IMG/VR virus record: IMGVR_UViG_3300032250_000064
Span: 1-42,241 of that record
Source of the DNA: a virus
Lineage: Duplodnaviria > Caudoviricetes
Strand: one strand, 5' to 3'
Length of the DNA stretch: 42,241 nucleotides
Both the position numbers and the translations under genes were made by a program. Of this stretch, positions 36,727 to 42,241 are shown piece by piece. The notes under the pieces are model-generated. The model did not search any database. It saw only the letters and a list, made by a program, of their open reading frames with translations, and had not been told where the DNA came from. Every line of letters begins with the position of its first letter. The stretch's first letter is position 1.

Positions 36727-37264
36727 CACCGAAATCCATGACCTGATCGAGCAGGGCATGGTGCAGCATCACCAGCCAGAACTGATCAACCCAGCCAGCC
36801 TTGACTTGCGGCTAGGTGATCTGATCATGCTGGAGTCAGTGGAATCCCATCAGATGATTCCGCTGTCGATCAAGAATTATACTGCAGAGCACCCATACGA
36901 GCTGGTGCCAGGGCAATTCATCCTGGCGCAGACGATGGAGACGTTTGCCATGCCAGAGCACATCGCTGGCCTGTTTTTCCTTAAGTCCAGCCGCGCCCGT
37001 GAAGGCTACGAGAACCTACACGCCGGCTATGCCGATCCCGGTTGGCACGGCAGCGCACTAACGCTTGAGTTGAAGAATGCCCGCCAACTGCAGTCATTGC
37101 CGATCTACCCAGGGCTCAAGATTGGCCAGATGGTGTTCTTCCGCATGAGCCAGGCGCCAGCGCTTAGCTATGCCATTACCGGCAGCTACAACAACGACAA
37201 GCTTGTGTCAGCCTCTAAGCAGTTCCTCGGCCGCGGCCAGGTGCCACGGCTCGACGCTGCATGA
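36713..37264 (+). CDS. dcd: dCTP deaminase
   Basis: MILSD, INPASLDLRLG, KSSRAREG, DPGWHG..TLELKN, IGQMVF. Confidence 0.9.
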   Translation: MILSDTEIHDLIEQGMVQHHQPELINPASLDLRLGDLIMLESVESHQMIPLSIKNYTAEHPYELVPGQFILAQTMETFAMPEHIAGLFFLKSSRAREGYENLHAGYADPGWHGSALTLELKNARQLQSLPIYPGLKIGQMVFFRMSQAPALSYAITGSYNNDKLVSASKQFLGRGQVPRLDAA

Positions 37265-37447
37265 GCGCATAGCCTCACGCACCAGCCAGTTGATCTGTGA
37301 TCGCTGGCTGGCCTCTTGCTCTGCCAGCAGCAGTGCATATTCCAGCAGAGCGTTCCAATCCTGCTGCTGATGTAGCTCACGCAACATGCTGGCATTGGCA
37401 GCGCCGTGAAATTGTGCTTCTATCGTATGAACCAACGGATTCACCAT
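37208..37447 (-). CDS. Hypothetical protein, 79 aa, antisense within the plus-strand block
   Basis: MVNPLVHTIEAQF...DWNALLEYALLLAEQE...WLVREA; fills the dcd-sigma gap; helical composition. Confidence 0.55.
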   Translation of the reverse strand: MVNPLVHTIEAQFHGAANASMLRELHQQQDWNALLEYALLLAEQEASQRSQINWLVREAMRSCSVEPWHLAAAEELLRG

Positions 37448-38336
37448 GTCTGACCCTATCAAGGACTATCTCAACAGTATCGCCAAGTATCCGTTGTTGA
37501 CACCACAACAGGAGATACAACTTGGCAGGCGGGTTGCAAGGCTTAAAGAACTGCAACAACTGGAAAAGCCATTAACAAAAGATGAACAGCGCGAGGTGCG
37601 CAGCGGCGAACGCGCCCGACAACGGTTCATTCAGTCCAATCTGCAGCTTGTGGTGCATATTGCCCGCAAATACGACAAACGCCAGAACAAGACACTTGAG
37701 TTCATGGATCTGATCCAAGAGGGCAATATCGGCCTATCGCGCGCCGTGGATCTGTTCGACCCTACACGCGGCTACAAGTTCTCGACCTATGCCTACTGGT
37801 GGATCCGCCAGGGCATCACCCGCGCACTGATCAGCTACGACGCCATCATCAGGCTGCCGATTGGTGTGCATGAGATGTTGTACAAGGTCAACCGCACCAT
37901 TCAAGACCTCGGTCATGAGTTAGGCCAGGCACCAAGTACCAGTCAGGTGGCAGCGCATCTGGACATGGACCCCAAGGACTTGTCAATGTTGCTGCGGCAA
38001 AGCTACCGCGTTACCAGCCTTGACCAATACATTGCAGACTCTGAAAGCAACACTATTGCAGAAACAATTGCAGATCCTGCATCCAATCAAGAGGACGTTG
38101 CAACCCGTCAAGATATACAAAATGTGATGGAATGCTTCGCAAAATACCTTGATGAGACAACGCAAACAGTGCTCAAAGCACGCATGATCCACCAGCCAAT
38201 TACCTGGTCAGAGCTGGAGCGCACCACTGGCATTAACAAGGCACGATTGCACAGCATTGAGCAGCGCGGCATCATGCGCCTCCGTATGCTGATGAGCAAT
38301 CCGCTGGCAGGCACGCCCCTTGGAACCAACGATTGA
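37446..38336 (+). CDS. RNA polymerase sigma factor, sigma-70/RpoD family, lacking region 1.1
   Basis: YLNSIAKYPLLTPQQEIQL, NLQLVVHIARKY, DLIQEGNIGL, FDPTRGYKFSTYAYWWIRQGITRA, IRLP. Confidence 0.93.
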   Translation: MSDPIKDYLNSIAKYPLLTPQQEIQLGRRVARLKELQQLEKPLTKDEQREVRSGERARQRFIQSNLQLVVHIARKYDKRQNKTLEFMDLIQEGNIGLSRAVDLFDPTRGYKFSTYAYWWIRQGITRALISYDAIIRLPIGVHEMLYKVNRTIQDLGHELGQAPSTSQVAAHLDMDPKDLSMLLRQSYRVTSLDQYIADSESNTIAETIADPASNQEDVATRQDIQNVMECFAKYLDETTQTVLKARMIHQPITWSELERTTGINKARLHSIEQRGIMRLRMLMSNPLAGTPLGTND

Positions 38337-38493
38337 AAGATACGGCAATGTATGGCGCGTTTGTCTAAATGGGATGTGCAAAGATCATGCGCAAGACTGG
38401 CAAGCAGTCATCTTCTATCATCAGATGTTGAATCAATCAACCAGTCCTGAATCTTTAGCACGCGATCAACAGTCCATGACTCTTGACGATTAA
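38320..38493 (+). CDS. Hypothetical protein, 57 aa (not in ORF track)
   Basis: TTG start; EPTIERYGNVWRVCLNGMCKDHAQDWQAVIFYHQM... Confidence 0.45.
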   Translation: MEPTIERYGNVWRVCLNGMCKDHAQDWQAVIFYHQMLNQSTSPESLARDQQSMTLDD

Positions 38494-38728
38494 ACCATTC
38501 GCGCCATTCCTCGCTACCCTTCCTGCGGTTGCAATTGCGACACGCCGGAACAAGATTACTAGCAACTGTGGCGCCGCCTTTATGTCGTGGCTTGACGTGG
38601 TCTAACGTGTCAGCCGGTGCGCTACAGTACGCGCATTCGTGGCCCCATGCTTCAAAGATTTGCTGTCTAAATTGATGCTTTGCGCTACGTTTTGAAACGA
38701 GGTTAGAGCCATCAATCAAGTGATCCAC
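38408..38728 (-). CDS. HNH endonuclease
   Basis: CAYC...TLDHVKPRHKGG...NLVPACRNCNRRKG; GTG start at 38728 preferred. Confidence 0.9.
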   Translation of the reverse strand: MDHLIDGSNLVSKRSAKHQFRQQIFEAWGHECAYCSAPADTLDHVKPRHKGGATVASNLVPACRNCNRRKGSEEWREWFNRQESWTVDRVLKIQDWLIDSTSDDRR

Positions 38729-38894
38729 GCAGCTCCGGGATGGGTAACACCTGGACCGATAGACCCAGGATGTGATCATTAGACGGCGCTAGCTCTGTGA
38801 GCCGCGCAATAAAGTCATCTGATACCGCTTCCGGGTCGTCACTGTCACTTTCCACCACAATGGTGTATTCAATCTCAAGGACGTATTGACTCAT
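38712..38894 (-). CDS. Small acidic hypothetical protein, 60 aa
   Basis: MSQYVLEIEYTIVVESDSDDPE...; ATGA-coupled. Confidence 0.6.
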   Translation of the reverse strand: MSQYVLEIEYTIVVESDSDDPEAVSDDFIARLTELAPSNDHILGLSVQVLPIPELRGSLD

Positions 38895-39742
38895 ACCGTT
38901 GGCCTGCATGTAATGTCAACACCGCCGCGTTCTCGTGGTCGCAATGTTAACCAGATGCCGCCAAGTGACTTAGGCATCACGATCCGCTCAATCGCCCATC
39001 CACCTGTAGCGCCAAATTCTTGCTTGTATGTGCCGGTTTGCAAGTGCCAGCGCTGCTCAATCCATGCCTTGCCATTCTCCGCGATGCGGTAGCACGGATG
39101 CGCCACCATACTGCGCTCGTGGTTATGGCCGTTCACCATGATGTCCGCATCAGGTGCGATCTGTGCATAGCGACCACCGCCCATGGTGCCTTTGGTGACA
39201 ATGCCGCCCCATGCGCCGTGGTGGAAGAATAGCGTGCAACGCCGCGTCCGACCAGCTGACTGCCTAAACGCAAACCGCACAAAACCTTGATAACCCATGT
39301 GCTCGGTGACGGCGCCATCGTTGCGCATCAGCCGAACCACATTTTCTAAAGGGTCGATCTCCTGATTGCTAAGCACGGCAGTCTCGTGGTTGCCGTCGCC
39401 CATCATCAGGATCATGTCGCCATAAGGCCTAAGCAAATCCGCCGACTCGCGAAACACCAGGTCAAAGTAATTGCCGCCGAGATGTTCCGGCCTGATATCG
39501 CTCTTGCTGCCGCGCCTATCCTTTTTGCCTTGCATCAGGCAAAGCACGTCACCAAACATCAACGCATGGCCGCCAATCGCTTTGCACTCATCCAAATGCT
39601 GCAACAATAGCTTACGGTTGCATTTTGGGTTGTCTAAGTGGATGTCAGATAGCAGGAGAAAGGTTGCCTCTTCCTTGGTGCTGCTGTAAGGTATTCGTAT
39701 CTCCAAAAGCTCTGGCGATACCCGTGTGGACGTAATCGCCAT
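38891..39742 (-). CDS. Calcineurin-like metallophosphoesterase
   Basis: SDIH, GD, GNHE, HHG, GHNH motifs in canonical order. Confidence 0.88.
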   Translation of the reverse strand: MAITSTRVSPELLEIRIPYSSTKEEATFLLLSDIHLDNPKCNRKLLLQHLDECKAIGGHALMFGDVLCLMQGKKDRRGSKSDIRPEHLGGNYFDLVFRESADLLRPYGDMILMMGDGNHETAVLSNQEIDPLENVVRLMRNDGAVTEHMGYQGFVRFAFRQSAGRTRRCTLFFHHGAWGGIVTKGTMGGGRYAQIAPDADIMVNGHNHERSMVAHPCYRIAENGKAWIEQRWHLQTGTYKQEFGATGGWAIERIVMPKSLGGIWLTLRPRERGGVDITCRPTV

Positions 39743-39769
39743 GCCGTTGGTAGCGGCTTACACGGCAGT

Positions 39770-40837
39770 CTAATAGTCCCAGCGCACGCGTGGCTTGCCC
39801 TTGCGAATGCCAAGATGCACAAATCCCTTAGGCGCGCCATAGCCAACGCTATATGGCCACTCGCGGTCTGCCCATGCCTGGACTTTATTGATGTCAGCGC
39901 CATCAACGTAAAAGTCCACAGCGCCCACATTGGGAGCGTCGTACAGATGCTCACTGCCAGATGCACCACCGACGGCGCGGTTGATCGCTGCTGGCCTGTA
40001 GCCGCTGGTGATCGTAATGCGCTTGCCGCCAAATGCGGTGCGCACGCGCTCTAAGAATGCGGCCAGCTCGGCTGCGGTGTCAACTTGATGCTGTGCAACA
40101 AACCGCCTCGCCGGATCACCTAGCGCAAATTCGCCTAGGGTGAAATGCGCCGACAACTTGGTGCTGAACGGATCGGTTGGTTTTACCTTGTAAGGCAGAT
40201 CCTGCGCGCTTTCGCCCCATAGCCTGCCTTCTGCTTGCCGGCGACGCAGTAGCCCAGCCTCGACGCTGCTGCCAGGGTTGCGGTACAGCAGCATGGCACC
40301 AGGAACCGCATTCCAATCCTTTTCCTTTAGCCGCTTGCTGATGGTCTCAAAGCCAGTGGTGCCGTAGAAACCCGAGCCAAGGTTGTAGGCAAAGCTGATT
40401 AGGGCGCACTGCTTGTCACCTGACATAGCGTTCCAATACGGAACAGTTGCCCGTAGCTTGTCGACAATGCGCTCGATCTCAAGCTCCAGCAGCTTGCCGG
40501 CATCAATGACGGTGATCTTGTCACCGCGCTGTACCTTACGGCCGTCGCTGTACCGCGTGGTGCCATAGCCAATGGTCCAGGGCTCGTCGCCGCTCAGCGG
40601 ATCCGGGTATGCCGATAGGTGGCAGCCTTCAAACTCTTTGATCAGTTTGGCTGCCGCCTCGTAGCTATGCAGCTTGCCATCTTGGCTCCATGTCTGAAAC
40701 CAGGGCTGATCCCTATTAAACAAATCCGGTGCAACCTTTAATAGCTCAGCTTCTAATGCAACAATGGCTGCCTGCTGATGCGGCAGCCCTTTCCAGTAGC
40801 GAAACAGGTCGCTGGGTTTGATCGGTGCCTTAGCCAC
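39770..40837 (-). CDS. Endolysin: GH24 lysozyme plus peptidase M15 domain
   Basis: IKEFEGCHLSAYPDP...WTIGYGTT, ALISFAYNLG, GLLRRRQAE; then HFTLGEF, ITSGYR, SEH...AVDF, FVHL. Confidence 0.9.
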   Translation of the reverse strand: MAKAPIKPSDLFRYWKGLPHQQAAIVALEAELLKVAPDLFNRDQPWFQTWSQDGKLHSYEAAAKLIKEFEGCHLSAYPDPLSGDEPWTIGYGTTRYSDGRKVQRGDKITVIDAGKLLELEIERIVDKLRATVPYWNAMSGDKQCALISFAYNLGSGFYGTTGFETISKRLKEKDWNAVPGAMLLYRNPGSSVEAGLLRRRQAEGRLWGESAQDLPYKVKPTDPFSTKLSAHFTLGEFALGDPARRFVAQHQVDTAAELAAFLERVRTAFGGKRITITSGYRPAAINRAVGGASGSEHLYDAPNVGAVDFYVDGADINKVQAWADREWPYSVGYGAPKGFVHLGIRKGKPRVRWDY

Positions 40838-40970
40838 GCTTGGGGAACATCAATTTGAGTGCTTGCAGCAGCAGCTGAATCCAGCTGTTTGACTTAAGCG
40901 GTGTCAGCGCGATGATCTCGCTACCAGCAGCAAGAACGATGGCGATAACGGCGACGGTTTGCGCGTCCAT
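40830..40970 (-). CDS. Putative holin, 46 aa (not in ORF track)
   Basis: MDAQTVAVIAIVLAAGSEIIALTPLKSNSWIQLLLQALKLMFPKRG*; hydrophobic, overlaps the lysin start. Confidence 0.65.
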   Translation of the reverse strand: MDAQTVAVIAIVLAAGSEIIALTPLKSNSWIQLLLQALKLMFPKRG

Positions 40971-40972
40971 GA

Positions 40973-41221
40973 TTAACGGTGTGGGCGTGCCTCTAGCGTA
41001 GCCACCCGCTGCTCGACGCCATTGAGCCGCTTAAACGTCTCTTGGCGATCGCTGCGGATGTCGGTATGGAGCACCTCGAGTTGGGTTGCGATGTGCTCCA
41101 CTGCAGCCGTAAGCCTGATCACTGCCTCGCGGGCCTCGTCATTGCGACGACTGAACCCCATGGCGCCCATAGCCGCCACGCTGATAGAGGCTCCTGCGAT
41201 AGCAGCAATCAGCTCGATCAT
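40973..41221 (-). CDS. Membrane protein with coiled coil (lysis module)
   Basis: N-terminal hydrophobic helix, C-terminal RLNGVEQRVATLE. Confidence 0.6.
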   Translation of the reverse strand: MIELIAAIAGASISVAAMGAMGFSRRNDEAREAVIRLTAAVEHIATQLEVLHTDIRSDRQETFKRLNGVEQRVATLEARPHR

Positions 41222-41225
41222 GGGT

Positions 41226-41549
41226 TCAGCTTACCGACGCTTGCCAAGGCATACCGCTGGCTTTGCTGGGGTGGTGCTGCTCGTCCAGTTGGGACTGCAG
41301 GGCGGCTTCGATCTCGGCAACCTTCTCGGGGCCGAATTTGTCCTTGACCCAGCCGATGACCATTTCTTCGGTCAGGTCGGCAAACGGCACCATGTCGCCT
41401 TCAGGACGCTCGAGACCGAGGCTGCCGTAAGCGCCGCTGGTGTAGGTGCCGTCAGCAGCGTTGATGGTGTAGTGGACGGTGAACACGTAGCCGTCGCTGG
41501 TCTCGCGCTCAAGGTTGGCGATGGCCCAGGTAAAGATGGTGTCGGACAT
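41226..41549 (-). CDS. Fibre-associated acidic protein, 107 aa
   Basis: FTWAIANLER...VPFADLTEEMVIGWVK...GMPW; directly after the fibre gene. Confidence 0.6.
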   Translation of the reverse strand: MSDTIFTWAIANLERETSDGYVFTVHYTINAADGTYTSGAYGSLGLERPEGDMVPFADLTEEMVIGWVKDKFGPEKVAEIEAALQSQLDEQHHPSKASGMPWQASVS

Positions 41550-41585
41550 GGTTAGTGGGTGACTGTGTAAGTGTAGGGCAGGTGC

Positions 41586-42241
41586 CTAGGCCCCCTCAAG
41601 GGCTGCAACTTTGGCCTTGAGCACGTCAATCTCAACCAGTGCTTCCTGCAGCGCCTTTGTCAACGGAGCTATGAACTGGTCGTAGCGCAGGGCTTGCTGG
41701 CTATCGGGGTCATCCTTATCGGTGAGCACCCAGCCACCAAAGTCAACGCCAGCAGCGTCGACAGCTTCTTTAACTTCTTGGGCGATAAAGCCCCAGTGAG
41801 TACGCGTGCCGGGTACTGACTCGTAAATGTAATTGTTGTCTTCATCACGCCTGCCAGAATCAATCTGTCCGCCGTCAATCCACTTGTAAGAAACAGGGCG
41901 TAAAGCTTTAATAAAATTAGAGCCTAACTGGGCGGAAGTAATTTCAGTCTTGGCTCTTTGATCGGAAGTCTGAATTGTTCCGTTTGCGGCCCAAACAGCG
42001 GACCACCTATTAGAAGAGCCACCAATCGTTGCAGCATTATCGGTTGCTGGATAAACGGCACTTGTATTTGAAAATACCGCATCTCCAACGCGATTTAGCG
42101 TAAACCGCGTCGTCGGGCTGCTCGCTCCGTCGGCGGTAGTGGAGAACACTAGGCGGCCTGGGTAATCATTTGTTCCAGCGGCGCCGTCGGCAACACCTGC
42201 AATCTGTGCGCCTACGCCGCCGTCAACAAACGCAAAATCAA
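41586..42241 (-). CDS. Tail fibre C-terminal part with peptidase S74 intramolecular chaperone (runs off right edge)
   Basis: Frame open to the edge (DFAFVDGGVGAQIAG...DYPGRLVFSTTADG); TSDQRAK cleavage motif, LRPVSY, GFIAQEV, terminal coiled coil. Confidence 0.88.
   Translation of the reverse strand, partial: DFAFVDGGVGAQIAGVADGAAGTNDYPGRLVFSTTADGASSPTTRFTLNRVGDAVFSNTSAVYPATDNAATIGGSSNRWSAVWAANGTIQTSDQRAKTEITSAQLGSNFIKALRPVSYKWIDGGQIDSGRRDEDNNYIYESVPGTRTHWGFIAQEVKEAVDAAGVDFGGWVLTDKDDPDSQQALRYDQFIAPLTKALQEALVEIDVLKAKVAALEGA

Noticed and set aside
38408-38728. HNH as the restriction partner of the methyltransferase
   Set aside because: About 8 kb away on the opposite strand; small stand-alone HNHs are common in phages
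993-41053. HIP1 octamer GCGATCGC as a host signature (seen near 993, 11300, 30803, 41046)
   Set aside because: Only a few copies noticed by eye in a GC-rich genome; too weak without a proper count
1-42241. Exact circular closure or terminal repeat
   Set aside because: No end overlap seen, and a direct join breaks the fibre reading frame

Overview
Near-complete genome of a long-tailed dsDNA phage (siphovirus-type gene set), opened inside a tail-fibre gene: the N-terminal part is at 1-1058 and a likely C-terminal part at 41586-42241, and the two ends do not join in frame. A long minus-strand block reads RHH regulator, primase-helicase, iteron origin, beta-clamp, terminases, portal, head, neck, tail, fibres, and (wrapping round) lysis, metallophosphoesterase and HNH. 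A plus-strand block (27.9-38.5 kb) carries an SNF2-helicase/DNA-methyltransferase fusion, a second SF2 helicase, VRR-NUC, RecE/Bet-type recombination genes, SSB, small ORFs, nucleotide-metabolism genes and a sigma-70-family factor. A picocyanobacterial host is inferred from the DnaN and sigma sequence style and from C-rich leaders mostly lacking Shine-Dalgarno sites; it is not proven. I see no integrase, DNA polymerase, tRNA or CRISPR. The most notable unannotated signals are an H-type RNA pseudoknot between two in-frame ORFs, three C-UGC-G hairpins in the scaffold and capsid leaders, a +1/-2 (not -1) tail-chaperone frameshift geometry, a recurring -10-like box at gene junctions, a clamp-motif-bearing helicase-methyltransferase alongside a phage clamp, and three tail-tube paralogues. 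All family calls come from motif recognition by eye, not database searches.
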